Below, one piece after another: positions 14,124-27,560 of a DNA stretch of 64,000 nt (the first letter of the stretch is position 1; each line of letters starts with the position of its first letter). The notes under the pieces are model-generated. The model was given only the letters and a program-made list of their open reading frames with translations, was not told where the DNA came from and made no database searches. The DNA is from Eledone cirrhosa (Eukaryota), in assembly GCA_964016885.1 (NCBI GenBank), contig OZ024750.1, forward strand, positions 2,480,001 to 2,544,000, read 5' to 3'. The translations under genes were made by a program, and so were the position numbers.

Positions 14124-14212
<89 letters not shown>
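13938..14212. repeat. Two long (TA)n microsatellites
   Basis: Near-pure TA runs at 13938-13996 and 14129-14212. Confidence 0.95.
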
Positions 14213-14410
14213 GGAAAAGAGTCAGGACCTCGACGGCTGAGCTCCGGCCATTTCAACAGCTAGAAATATACATTCTTTATTAAACATTGAAATGACTTCT
14301 ACAGGACTAGAACTGCTTCATTCATATGAAATCATCATGAAAATCATCCAAATGAAACAGTTCTAGTCCTGTAGAAGTCATTTCTATGTATAATAAAGAA
14401 TGTATATTTC
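14211..14410. mobile_element. Penelope-like terminal-repeat fragment with hammerhead motifs, head-to-head inverted repeat
   Basis: About 60-bp inverted repeat (14263-14323 / 14351-14410) containing GAAA-CAG..CTG-TA-GAAGTC. A minus-strand GAAA-TGGC-(cgGAGCTCa)-GCCG-TC lies at 14232-14254. Abuts (TA)n. Confidence 0.65.
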
Positions 14411-14499
14411 ATTGTTTTGTTACTGCTTTTATTTTATTTTGTTTGGTTGGAAAGGTTTTTACAGGTCTTTGCTTTGCTATTAGTTGTTTATTAAATACG

Positions 14500-14780
14500 A
14501 AGGTCAGTGGATTGGTGGTATTGGTAAAGCATTGGACAAAATACTTGAGGTCATTTAGTTATGACTTTCTATATTTTGAGTTCAAATTTTGCCAGAATCA
14601 ACTTTGTCTTTCATCCTTCCTCATCTAGAGAAGCAAAGAACTGATACAAGAAACACATTAGTCCTTGGTCATCAAACAACCACACTAGTGCCAATTGTAC
14701 AATAACATACACTCAGTACACAATGTAAAGTGGTTGTTAACAAGAAGGGCATCCAGCTGTAGAAACTATGCCAAAAACTT
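14500..14780 (+). mobile_element. Composite of SINE fragments
   Basis: 'gagttcaaattttgcc...ctttgtctttcatcctt' (Nin-like SINE, sense) followed by 'gtaaagtggttgttaacaagaagggcatccagctgtagaaactatgccaaa'. Confidence 0.6.
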
Positions 14781-14855
14781 GAACATACAAATAAGACAGG
14801 GACTCCCAAAACTGCATAGCAGACTACCCATCACAATCTCTCTCTCTCTTATATA

Positions 14856-15088
14856 TAATTTAATTGGGAGAAAATGTATTATGTGATGTTCATAATACAG
14901 GCTGTTTCATGCACGAGTTATTTTGCATTCCTGCAAAACAATCTGTTTCCAGTTTCAGCATGAGATGGAGCAAAGCGGTGAAAATAACTGGAGAGTGAAG
15001 AGTATTTTGTAGAAATGCAAAATAACTCGTGCATAAAACAGCCTATAATATGAATACTGTGTAATATACTTTTCTTGTGATTAAATTA
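14856..15088. mobile_element. Foldback/hairpin MITE-like element
   Basis: Long imperfect inverted arms of about 90-100 bp ('aggctgtttcatgcacgagttattttgcatt' / 'aatgcaaaataactcgtgcataaaacagcct') around a short spacer. Confidence 0.75.
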
Positions 15089-15277
15089 CATTAAACTCTG
15101 TAATATAGCATTGAGTGCTGTCACATCTTATATGTTTTATAACTTAGGATTCTATCTACCTCTCTATAGATACATACAAGCACACATCATCATCATCATA
15201 ATAATGTATATAATGCTGGCTAGCTGGAAAAATAAACGTTAAATGATATATATATATATATATATACATATACATAC

Positions 15278-15310
<33 letters not shown>

Positions 15311-15364
15311 CATACATATATATATATATACATACATATATATATACATACTCGGTACACATAC

Positions 15365-15460
15365 CGTGACAAGTGGAGAGATGCTGTGCTGAATAGGACC
15401 CGTCCCACCCTTGCAAGCAGGGAAAAGCGGTCATAAAATGATGATGATGATGATGATAAT
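15365..15460 (+). mobile_element. Extremely 5'-truncated RTE 3' tail
   Basis: 'gagatgctgtgctgaataggaccc...cccttgcaagcagggaaaagcggtcataaaa(tga)n' matches the tail at 44870-44952. Confidence 0.75.
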
Positions 15461-15623
15461 GATATATATAATAAAATGTTATAGTTTGTATAGTCTAATA
15501 TAGTCACACTTTACTATCCCAAATATTGAGTACTCTGTTGAATATTGTTCGATATGGTAGGAAAATAGATTTAACGTTTTGGACGTTTCCTTCATTGAAA
15601 AATAGCTGTGTATTGTATATATG

Positions 15624-15659
<36 letters not shown>

Positions 15660-15661
15660 CC

Positions 15662-15710
<49 letters not shown>

Positions 15711-15847
15711 CTATATATATATGAGTGTGTGTATGTATATATATATATATATATGTATGTGCGTGTCTTTATAGATGTGTTTGTGTGTGTATGTGCTCTG
15801 TGATATACCTAGATACCAGTATCAAGTCTAGTATACTACTGTTATAT

Positions 15848-15941
15848 CAGTTGACTTTGCCTTTCATCCTTACGGGGTCGATAAAATAAAGTACCAGTAA
15901 TGCACTGGGTAATTGCTGGCCTTGTGCCTAAAGTAGAAACA
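15848..15941 (+). mobile_element. Nin-like SINE 3' half (short variant)
   Basis: 'gactttgcctttcatccttacggggtcgataaaataaagtaccagtaatgcactgggtaattgctggccttgtgcctaaagtagaaac'. A near-identical 3' piece lies at 20204-20254. Confidence 0.8.
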
Positions 15942-16365
15942 GTTATATCAGTTGAAATGCCCTCAATGGAATAACATTATTATGTCAGTGGGGATTACAA
16001 TGTCAACACTTAAACAATAAGATTATTTTAATTTACTTCATCTTCACAACGATATGTTATTAGATAATAAACAGCATAGTAAATTAATATTGGTTTCTAA
16101 GACAGACACACCAGAAAACTGTGTCTGAAGGTAGACATAGTTGATTAAACTGAGTATAGTGCTTCATTGGTACATATTTTAATAGCAACTTCAGAAGGAT
16201 GAAAACCAAAGTCAACCATGACAGTATTTCAACTCAATATATAAAGGAACATCATTTAATATAGCGAGTCATTTTCTTCTCTGCTCTTCCAAATTTACTA
16301 ACCCTGCCTCATCATCATTTAATGTCCATTTTCCATTCTAGAGTAAATGAATATTTTAGAATGTG

Positions 16366-16930
16366 AGTGTGTGTGTGTGGTGTGGTGTGGCGTGGTGTGG
16401 TGTGGTGTGGTGTGGTGTGGTGTGGTGTGGGGTGGTGTGGGGTGGGGTGGGTGGGTGGGATGGGGTGGGGGTGGTGCAGTGTGGTGTGGTGTGGTGTGGG
16501 GTGGGGTGGGGTGGGGTGTGGTGTGGTACAGTGTGGGGTGGTGTGGTGTGGTGTGGTGTGGGGTGGTGTGGGGTGGGTGGTGTGGGGTGGTGTGGGGTGG
16601 GTGGGGTGGGGTGGGGTGGGGTGCAGTGTGGTGTGGCGTGGTGTGGGGTGGGGTGGGGTGTGGGGTGGTGTGATGTGGTGTGGTGTGGTACAGTGTGGGG
16701 TGGTGTGGTGTGGTGTGGTGTGGTGTGGGGTGGGGTGGAGTGGGGTGGGGTGTGGTGTGGTGTGATGTGGTGTGGTGTGGTACAGTGTGGGGTGGTGTGG
16801 TGTGGTGTGGTGTGGTGTGGTGTGGTGTGGTGTGGTGTGGTGCAGTGTGGTGTGTGTGTGTGTGTGGTGTGTGTGTGTGGTGTGGTGTGGTGTGGTGTGG
16901 TGTGGTGTGGTGTGGTGTGGTGTGTGTGTT
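16366..16930. repeat. G-rich pentanucleotide array (GTGTG/GTGGG)n
   Basis: Directly visible; about 560 bp with a recurring 'gtacagtgtggg' variant. Confidence 0.95.
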
Positions 16931-17081
16931 GTGTTTCTGAGGAAGATGGTATGATAGATCAGGTATTTCAAGACATAACCACTACCTGTTAATCAATTTC
17001 ATTTGAGTTCTGAAGAAGGACTTTATAGGTCATAATAACTTTTCTCCTAAATCACAATTAAAAATTGGTAGAATTCAACAG

Positions 17082-17112
<31 letters not shown>

Positions 17113-18916
17113 ATACATAAATATCCTTTGCACAACAGTTTTTCCCAGAAAGCCATTTTTAAGATGATTTATTTCAATATTTCTGAATATATTCTAAAAG
17201 GAACAAAATATATATCAGTATGTTCGGTTTGTTTTTTTAATTACAAAACTTTAACTCGTTATAGAGACTGAATAACTAAAACAACAACAAAATATATCAA
17301 ATGTAAATTTTAAAGATATTTACATAAAATTTTTCTTATTGAAATTAGCCTCCACCATTTTATTTCAATTATTATTATTGTTGTTTATTATTTTTTCATA
17401 ACTGTTAGTTTTGTATGCAGTTAATTTGAATATGCAAATAGAAGTACTTTTGGTCATTATAATAAAACAATTGACTTTAATTCCAAATAACAAAGCGTAC
17501 AATCACTAGTAGTGATTTATATATACTCACACGACTGGCATTTCTTTTTTTGTTTTCAACCATTTTGGCTGATATTGCCTTTAAATCAGAAAGTTGGTAA
17601 TCCATGGTGGAAAAGGTGGTCTAAAATTATCTCCTTAAAATTTGCCAAAATGTAATATATCCAACAAGAGCAAAATGTTTGTGAACTGAACTATGAAGAG
17701 ACACAAACTGTAGATTTCTTCATCATTCCTAACATAGCCACAGCACCATAGAGTGTGAAGCAGGTAAGTTTAGAACACACTCAAAACACAAGCAAAATGG
17801 TATCAAACTTTTCTTCTTCTACAAAACAATTTAATGTTTTCAGAAGTTATAAAATGAAATCTTGTACAGTTGAAAGAGTAATATTTATGTAATATTTCTC
17901 TCACTGTCTGTTGGTTTACCAGCAGAAACTATGTAGATATCTGTATCCTTCAGCAGCACTTCACTTCAATGCTGTGATAGGTGAGAGTCTAAGTAGAGAA
18001 TAAATATAGAAGGCTTGTTTTTCTATAGAGGAGTAGAAGAAGGGAATAGGATGGAATGCCAGTGAAAAGAGAGAAATAAGATCTTCATCAGTATTACTCC
18101 TACTCATTACTAGATAGCAGTTAGTTCCTCACCAAACTTAATCAGTATCATCTCCTGCCTGTGTAAAATTTCACAGATGCTTGTTGTGTAACTTATAAAC
18201 CAAATGGCCAACTTTAAGAAATGTTGCTTTCATAAAAATACATATTGGTGTAGAAAAATAAATTTCTATACATTCGAGAAACTTTTCTTGTGTTAACTTA
18301 CATATATAATGTGTAAAAACAACAACAACAAAAGAAGTTTAAAAGCCAAACAGGATGATAAAGTAAAACAATAAACTATTATAAAACTGCTATTCCTACC
18401 ACTGATATACACATATCACAGCCATAATAGTACATATTGTTCTTTTGGTAGTCAGAAATAGTTCTAGGCCATACTAAAATTTGTAAACTTTGTACAAAAT
18501 TAATCATTGACAAATCGATTTAATTAGTGGGCAAAAAAAAAAAACGCTAAAAAAACAATATAAATTATATTAAAGAAACAACAACAATAATAATCTCTCT
18601 TTTTGGCCCAGAGCCAAGAATTTCTTGCAAAGATGTATATAGTCAAATAATTTGATCCACTTATACCACTGGTACCTACTTTAATAACTTTAGAATCATT
18701 AAAAGCAAAGTTGATCAAAATTTGAAACTTTGTTTTGTTTTTACTGAGTCAAGAAGGGAAGGGCAGTGCCCATAACACCTTTTAGGGCTTCTGAGACCAG
18801 TGGTACTTTTATCGACCTCAGACTTTGGTTAGATTTGAACTTCGAACATAAAGCCAGAACAAATACTACAGAACGTTTCTTTGATACTCAACCAATTCTG
18901 CCAATTTACCATAATA

Positions 18917-19114
18917 TGAGGGTCGGCTGAAAGGTTCATAGGCTGACTATGAAGGAGTGATGCTAGAGCTGTGAAAGCTTGCATGAATAAATTTCAACTC
19001 TTCGTATAAATAACTGCATTGTTTCTTTCCAGGAACTATGTCGATAAATAAACCTCATTTGGTCATTCCCTGAGAGTATCTTGGTTAGCCTATGAACTTT
19101 TCAGCTAACCCTTG
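18917..19114. mobile_element. Tc1/mariner-type MITE (198 bp)
   Basis: TIRs 'tgagggtcggctgaaaggttcataggctgac' / 'gttagcctatgaacttttcagctaacccttg', flanked by TA on both sides. Confidence 0.85.
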
Positions 19115-19889
19115 TACTATATTGATTTCTAACAAAGAACTCAGAATAAAGGGACATAACTATATAATGTAAGGCATTGTGTTTGATGTTTTACCAATTT
19201 TACCATAATAATAATAACTACATCTAAGACAACATACTTATAAAACTTCTTCAATTTTTTTTTAATCATTATAAGAAAACCATAACAAAAATGTATCCTT
19301 CTTGTAATAAGTTTTCATTAAACTTAATAAAACCAGTGTGTTTATAATATATTCTTAATCAGATCTTAAAAATACCACAGAAAATGTTGAATATTAAATA
19401 AATTCACCAGTAATTGCATGCCTTAAATCTTATTAATACCACAAACATTTTTCTTCGTTTCAACTGGGTTTACATCCATACCAGAAAAAAATCGATAGTA
19501 ATTGATGACATATAATAAAGATTAAAAGTTTATTAGATTATAAAGTAGATTGGAAAATTATAAAATTAAATTTTAATATTAATTATTAACGAAAAACAAA
19601 ATTAATGAAATCATTGTTCATTGACTTGTTGCAAATGAGATAGGAAGAAAGCATTTAGATACCATTAGAAAAATTATGATTATCAAAATTTTCTTACAAT
19701 ATAAGCCACATCTAATAAGAGAATGAAGAACCTGAAAACATCTTACAGAATTGATGAGATTGGTACCTACCATTAATGCCTTTAGTCTGAGATAAGCTTT
19801 TGTTCACAATATGAATTATACTTTATACTGTAGCAGTAAATGACAAGCATATATGGAAGGTGTAGTAGAGTTGTCAATCACCAGTTTGT

Positions 19890-20085
19890 GAGTTGTTTAG
19901 CCCCAGATCAACTTTATTCAAGCAGACCTATGAACAAAGAGATTTTAGCCATGGCTAACTCTTATTTTAAGTTTCTAAGACAACGTAATCAAATGTATCC
20001 TTCATTCTCTAACACAGTAGGTTGTGAAGAGGGATATTTGGCTGCAGTTTCTATCAGGTCGAGCAGCTATATAGAGGTTCTCTCA
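19890..20085 (-). mobile_element. Dispersed retro-repeat, same family as 7362-7566
   Basis: 'gttgtttagccccagatcaac...caagcagacctatga...gagggatatttggctgcagtttcta'. Confidence 0.7.
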
Positions 20086-20274
20086 TTGACTATGAGTTTT
20101 ATCAATCTGGTAAACATTATGTTTAATTTTGTGAGGATGCATATATTTAGTGAGAATATTAATTAAAAGAAGTGTATAGCTGTTAACATATTGTAATCAT
20201 TATGTACCAGTAATGCACTGGGTATTTGCTGGCCTTGTGCCTAAAGTAGAAACAATTATCATCTCTGTTACTAT

Positions 20275-20532
20275 TATCATCAACAACAAGCATTGTTAAG
20301 GCTATCTTCCCTGCTAAAGCAATGATTAGCCTCATAAGCCCCATGATAAGCTTTTCCATTTTGTCCTATCATCTGTTACCCTCTCACCAACCCCTAGCTT
20401 TCATTTCTTCTTTGATTATCTTTAGACATGTCTTTCTTGGACTTTCCTTTCTTTTACTTCTTTTCACATTCATTTCCATCACTCCTCTCACCCACTCACC
20501 ATCATACTGCTTCAACATTTGACCCAACAACA
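20275..20532 (-). mobile_element. RTE 3' end (second subfamily)
   Basis: Minus translation GQMLKQYDGEWVRGVMEMNVKRSKRKGKSKK resembles GHV.R.D..WV..VM...V.G.R.RGRP.K. The tail is shared with 23440-23485. Confidence 0.65.
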
Positions 20533-20714
20533 TTGTTTTCCTTTTGTTAAAGGGTCCTCAATGTCCTGATACATGGTGTCTTTTGCATTTTCAACCTGGA
20601 GGAACCTATCATTCTCCAGGTCAGAACACAACCAATTTCTTCCAGAGAAATAAAAGCTGCTAGAAGCTTTAAAATGGTCTGTACAATAGTCCTGGCAATG
20701 TGTACTTGTATTAA

Positions 20715-20823
20715 ATAGGCTTGAAGTTATATTATTAAATCCACCCATATTCTTGATTATTTTCCAAATTAATAGAAAATCATAGGCAGAGTTTTATTAA
20801 AAATATGGTAACAAAAGGGTTAA
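20715..20823 (+). mobile_element. piggyBac-like MITE 3' half
   Basis: Ends 'aaatatggtaacaaaagggTTAA', like the 3' end of the 53923 element. Confidence 0.55.
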
Positions 20824-21434
20824 TTCGTTAGCAAGGAAACAGTGCAGATGAAAATAAGAGCTTGCAACTCATCAACTATGAAGCTGACACCATATTCACT
20901 CAGCCATTGCAATTCCTCACTGGAAATAATCTCATCTCAAGTAATTACTAAGTTGTATTTAAGAATCTTCTTATGTTTGTTACTTTAGAAGAAAATTATT
21001 TAATATCAAGGCTTGATGAGAAGATTTAAATTGCTTTTTTTTTTTTATTGTTCTTTTGTGTGATTATTATTTTTCTTATTTCTTTTCAAATTTCACTGCT
21101 TTTACACATTGAAATTTTGAAAGAAATAACAGTGAATATAGAAAATAATGTTAATGAACAATTACAAAAATAATCACAATAGCAACAGGAAAAATAGCAA
21201 CACTGGAAACACAACATTCAGACTTAATTGTCATTATATCAATGTTTGTCTTCAGATGCCCTCTATCAATCTATGTGTTTTTCTACATTAATACCAATAC
21301 TTGCAACAACACCAGAAATAAAAAAGGAAAATTTCCAGAATGCAATTTCAATTTTAACTCTAGTAATGATTATAATGATAAATAATATCATATAACAATA
21401 ACAATAGCATAAACAATAACATATCAATTTTAGA

Positions 21435-21482
<48 letters not shown>

Positions 21483-21501
21483 GACACGGGCTCCATAAGT
21501 T

Positions 21502-22265
21502 ACAGGGAAGGTAACCTGTCTACGAGAAAGGGTAATTCCAAAGAAATAAATCTGTACATGGTAGATGCAGAATGTGTAAGCCACATTGAAGGCAACCCAT
21601 CTAAGAGAGCAGTCACGCTGAATAAATATGATTGCACATGGCAAACAAGGACTCTGTAAACCATAAGAAGGCAACCTGTCTAGGAGAGTAGTTTCTCAGA
21701 ATTAAAACTAATGAAATAATTTGAAGAAGGAGTTGAGTTAGTCATCCATATAATCAATCAGGTAATAGATTATGGAGTCATAGACAATGACTGGTATAGC
21801 AGTATAATCATTAATTGTTGTAAAGGAAAAGGTGATGCTCTAGAAAGGAGCAATTACAAGGACATAAAACTGATAGATCAAGTTATGACAGTAATGGAAA
21901 GATATACAAAAGCTGGAGAGAAATAAGCATGCTCCATTGGATGTGTAATATTAGTATGCATGAACTAAGAGAACTGGATATGAGAGGAATCAGATGTGGT
22001 GTGCAAGAGAGAAAACTGTGCTGATATGGATATATGATGTGTATGGATGATAAACACTGGGTGAAGAAGTGTCAGGAGGTGATAGTGTGAGGGAGCTGTA
22101 GTGGAGGAAAAAACTGGGCAGAGATGGTTAGAGCTGATCTCAAAATGAACCTTATAGAGGAGATGACAAAGGAACATAGCAAGTGATGGGAGGCTGTACT
22201 GGAACGGACCTGTCCAACCCATGCAAACATGGAAGAATGGATGTAAAATGTCACTGATGATGACA
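21502..22265 (+). mobile_element. Internally deleted RTE (5'UTR-like repeats + RT N-terminus + 3' end)
   Basis: Three 'gaagg(c/t)aacc..tcta.gaga' motifs at 21507-21695. Then NDWYSSIIINCCKGKGDALERSNYKDIKLIDQVMTVMER (~KGKGD..ERGNYRGIKL) to about 21903. This joins directly to the post-RT segment and the 'ccaacccatgcaaacatggaa...gatgatga' tail. Confidence 0.8.
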
Positions 22266-24799
22266 CACACACACACACATACATTTATGGGAAGTAATTC
22301 ATTCCAGTAAGCATATATTTAAAAAAATACTACATATTTAAATGTCATTTAAATTTGGTTATTGTAGTGCTAATCTGTGCTAATCATCTATTTGTTCCAC
22401 TGAGTAGATACTACTTAAAATATGAATACACTATTTAAGCTTTAAATAGCATTAAAATTGTGGAAAGATGGCTACTAGACATAAATATGACATTAATAGT
22501 CACTTTGAAACAACATTAGATTGAGTCAAATCAATTTCAAGTTAAAACTGACTTAACATCTCACTGCCCACCAAGTGGTCACATATCTAATAATTTCTTT
22601 TAATGTATACAAATAATAACCAAGTGTTTACTGATAAAGAGAAATCTAGGTCCAACAGCAAAGTTTTTACATCAGAGAAAAGAAAAATACTTTCTGATGC
22701 ATTCCTCTTATTCACAATTCTGTGTAGTTACGATGACTTTAACTTAATTTGAATTCATACTGTCTAAACCCATGCTAGCGTGGAAGACAGACGTTAAACG
22801 ATGATGAGGAAGTTAACATTCTACATATCAATTCAATTGATTCTTTTATACGGTTAAATTATAAAGAAGACTTGGGCAAGGATTGAGAACTTCTAGCTCT
22901 TTGCTAATGGGAGATATTGTCAGTCAACATTTTAGTGGTGAAGTTAACACATTATTTAGTAATTGCTTCAATTTCAAAGAAAGGTTTATTCAATACCTAA
23001 TAGTTTAGAAGTTTAAAGAAATGCCTTGTTTATGGTCAGTAAATATAGAGAATTAGAAAGTACCTCAGATATTGAAATAAAGAAACATTGACTGCTTATT
23101 TACCTACTCAGTATATAATCTACAGAAAATTTGTTGGATCCTCTAAAGATACAAAATACAGAAAATTTCATCGACCTCCAAACATTGTTTTAAAAAGAGC
23201 TCATAAAAAATACTGGGATAGCATTTCAGAGTAATTAGAGATAGAGAACTAATAATATTGATTTTTATTGGTGTGTATACAGTTTACTGACTGTGTGTAT
23301 CTGGTTTAGACTAGGTACACAGTATCCTTTTGTGTTGTAAGAAGTAAGAGTTCACACCAGGATGGGCAACTGACCCTAAAACATTGTTTCAAAAAGGACC
23401 TCATGATGATTATGAAGACTGTCATAGGGTCTGCAAAGCTAGCCCTTGTTTTAGCAGGAAAAATGACCTTAAAATGCTTGTTGTGTTGTATTGGATTGAC
23501 CTGAGTGTATCACTGATATATATTTTAATCAACATGAATGGTTGAAAAATAAAATCAAACTAATAGGATTTAAACTAAGTCTTGAGGGGAAAACATTAAA
23601 TATTAATTACTGTCCAAACCCAACCCACTTCCTCAGTGATGTAATAAAGGGCAGTTTTGGCACTATAAAGAAAATGTCCCTTTATAGACTCTATTGGTTT
23701 GGTTAAGCCTAGAATCTAGATATCGGCCAAGATACTTTTTTTTTTCCAGCAAGATAAACTCAGACAGACACATAAAATTATTTATGATGGGGGGGGGGGG
23801 GGGGGGGGGATCTTGCAACCCAGAATTCAGGTGACTGATAGTTTATCAATTTGGCTATTTGCCTTTACAAACTTGGTATAAAAAAAAGTTAAAAATAGTA
23901 TTTATATTAGTTATGAGTGACCACCACTATTAATAGAGATTACTTTTTAACTACACCCTGGCAATTACATAATTAGTATTATCTAGTAAAAACAAATATA
24001 TATAGCAAATAAATGTGAAATATTGTCAGTCTCTCAGTTTGCAGTCTCCTATTTATCATATGCTATGTACTGTCTTCGTGCAAAACACTTATCTTCTAAT
24101 CTTTGTCTTCTTCACTAGAAATAAATACCAAGGGAAGACTGGCTCAATGATATAGTACAGATCCAACTGGATAAGTAGAGAGTGTCAGCTATCACACTGT
24201 ATTCTTCAAAGAAAACTGTGTGTCTCTCTAAGCTAATTACCATCAACTATTTCCAGACATTTGTAATATTCTGTTGAGTTAGTACCAAGACAACACTAAC
24301 ATTTTCAAATTATTTAAAGCTATTTATTTTATAATTGACATTTTTTGTAACAATAATATATATTCTGAATTTGATTTATTTTAGCATCTATTTCTAGAGC
24401 TATCCATAGTACATTTGGACTTTATATATATATATCTTCCAATGTTCTGCAATAATGAGCAGTTTATTATCTAATTATATATAATATAACACATATTGTA
24501 TAACAATAGCTATAATGACAAATGGGGTAACAAGCTATAGCAGTCTTGTGAATAGTAATCACTTATAAACAATAATTATACTAAAATATATACAACACTT
24601 TTAAACAGTCTAAAAATGAGAACATATTTTAGATTACAATAATGAATTACAGTTATTATTCAATTCTGTTGCATGAGATGCAATAAAATAGAGCTGATAC
24701 CATATATATATATCATTCTGCTGTCTTCTGAATATAATAAGGTTGGGAGGAAGACTTTATTGCCTGAACATACCAAAGTTATACCTACTCATGGTGGTG

Positions 24800-25100
24800 T
24801 TTATGACTATTTTTCAAGACAAATAGAAGCCAGCAAATTATTTCAGTTATGTTACATATAATATTACTGGTAATTTTATTGAATTCTGCATTTGTCAACC
24901 CAGAGACAGCTTTTTATCAGGGTCTTATGCTCTGTAGTCTAGTGGGTACTTAAAAAGCTAGAGACGGTAAGGAATTTATTGTACAGGTTGCTGTTCAGCA
25001 GTCCTGACATCAGTTCTACTTTCTATTATAGTTTCTAGAGTAATAAATAACTCAGGTGTACAGCACTGATTATGCATGGACGATCTGCCATACTGCTAAC
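24800..25100 (+). mobile_element. Decayed RTE RT core fragment
   Basis: Frameshifted peptides AFVNPETAF (~AFVDLEKAF), SVV*WVLKKL (~VIWW.LRKL), VQVAVQQ (~VGVHQG), LLSIIV and LCMDDL (~LYADDL). Confidence 0.6.
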
Positions 25101-25464
25101 TTGGTTTGTTATTCTAAAATATTTAAAGAGCTACAGATGAAGTTAGTTCAGGTAATGATCAAACTAGTGTTTAGTATGAGAAAACAAAACATTCTAGTGC
25201 CATCTGGTAAATGACTTTGTTCAATATTTAGGAAGACAATTGATTAAAACTCAACACTGTGTATTTAGTGGCTGCTACAAAAAGAAAGTGTATTTAAACA
25301 TCTGAAATATTGTCAGAACTCAGAGATACAGATACACTAGATGTTTAAAGGTAGTTAGTCATATGAATAAAATTCTTTCTACTACTCAGATGGGTTTCTA
25401 TTATCTAGGTGATGTTATTATCACTGATAGAAGTTCAAACAGTTGATAACACTGTCAACAAAAA

Positions 25465-25519
<55 letters not shown>

Positions 25520-26752
25520 CACACATGCAAGTGCCTGTGTGTAAAATGAAAGCTATATGAAACATGTAAAAATTGCAATATTGTATGGTAGAGATAGAGA
25601 TGGGCATTGAATGCTGAAGATCTAAAGAGACTGGTAAAAAAATGAGTTCAGTATATACTTCATGAAAGTTGTATGAAAAACCGAATATATGTGAGTTAAC
25701 TGAGCAGACAAGAACTAAACACACATGCTGAAGTTGGCAAAAGAGGCAGCTGCTGGTGTGAACATGAATTACAAATGAATTAATAAAAATGTGCTGACAG
25801 TGGTTGGTACCTATAGAAGAATATGAACCATTTACTGTTCTAACAAGTTACCAGTTCAGTTAGTAAACTTCTGCTTACTAACTGAACTAAATTAGCAAAC
25901 CATTAGAAGCAATTATCACCTCGAATATCTAGGTGTAAATGAATAATTTGCCAATGACAAGAAGCACATTATGTTTTTAATGTATTAAGAAGATAAAATG
26001 TGCACAAAAATATCAACCCATAAAATGCTATCGAAACATAAATAATTTATGTTTAATGGCTGCACTGTATACACTTCTTTTCAATATATCTTAATGATAT
26101 TCAATGATATACTGTATTTTCATAAAAATATTCTAAACTGATTCTTTATGTATTCAATTACTTGTCATAAATATGCCTTTTTTTTTAAATGTAGCCTTTT
26201 GTTTAGTATTTTGCAGATTTTTGTCTTCTTAATAAACGCTGGTTACTAATTAATATTACTTCTATTAAATTGTTATTGTTGATGAGTCTCAAATACAACA
26301 CCTATAAAGTTGAAAATTCTTTTGAGAGTTCTGAACAAGAGGAAAGCAATAACTATTCCCATACACACACTCAACTAGAACTATTGGAGAAATCTTAGAA
26401 TCAAACTAACGAACCAGCCTTAAAGCCAGCTAGGTTGTCTCTATAAGCCACCCCTGCCCCACCCATTTTACCATCAATTTTTTTTTGTCACATATTTCTT
26501 GACTTATATCTGAGTATATATATTACATAGCTATGTGCATATATATACGGTAACTAGGGGAGACATGGTAGATTGAATGAAATCCAGTACAGAACATGTG
26601 AGATGTAAAATAAACTTTGGTGGGATTTGAACTCAGAATATGGCAGAAAATAAGCAAATTATAACAACAACAACAACAACAATAATGATTTCTTTATTAT
26701 TCCCACGAACACAAAAGATGAGAGGACATGACAGGGAGTGGGTACAAAATGT

Positions 26753-26783
<31 letters not shown>

Positions 26784-26899
26784 GGTTACATTGAAATTAA
26801 ATGAAATGAAAACTGTCAGTATACACATCATCATCTTCATCATCATAATCATTTTACATCCACTGCTGTCCAGTCTTGTTTCTATTAGTCTGGAAATCC

Positions 26900-27560
26900 A
26901 GACTGAAACAGGTCCCAAGCTGGTCAGTCCAGTGGCCCCATGATGTTGGCCAGCAGCATGGACTTGCTTCTCCAGATGATGAACAGCAAGACCATTGATT
27001 TGTTTAGGTGAAACTATGTTCCAGTTACTGCTTCGTTTTCCTTTAGAATGATGCCAACCATCTTGACCTTTATGGTCATCCATATATTGTCACAGTTTGA
27101 TCATCCATTCATTGTCACAGTTATGCTGCATTCCAGCTTAAATAAGATGTCCCTCTCCAAGACAATTCATACAAATGAGATAAATGACAGCACCTTTGAC
27201 AAACTGATTCAAAACAGTTCCAATAGGTGGACAATAAGTGTGACCACCAGATGTTGCTGTACATGGAAGTGATTCAACTGCTGAAACCAACAGTACTGAA
27301 GACAACTACCAAGAACAATAGTTGACCCTATCAAAATCTTTCAATCGATCCAAATTGATGAGAACAACACTAAAGCCAATTTTTTACCCACATCCGCTAT
27401 GATGCATTGCATAAGGTGAAGTTGCCATGAATAGATCTGTCTAGGATCACACCAGTTGGCATCTACTGGATATATTGCCAATAGCAAGCATTAACCTTTT
27501 TGCTAGCACTTTGGTCAAAATTTTAAAATCTATAAGCAGCAGAGGGGCTAGCACATGACT
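26900..27560 (-). mobile_element. Tx1/L1-like LINE RT fragment (N-terminal RT motifs to just past YADD)
   Basis: Minus peptides DFKILTKVLAKRL, RSIHGNLHLM, LINLDRLKDFDRV, SMYSNI, SVCQRC (~SVRQGCPLS), YMDD and VGIILKENEAVTG. Confidence 0.8.

Noticed and set aside
16315-16992. HTTP-rich and VWCG-rich ORFs
   Set aside because: Translations of the (GTGTG)n array.
17714-17769. Exon ending in a strong CAG|GTAAGT donor
   Set aside because: All three frames contain stops; there is no support beyond the motif.
23789-23809. Poly-G run
   Set aside because: Simple homopolymer whose length is prone to sequencing error; several similar runs occur in the window.
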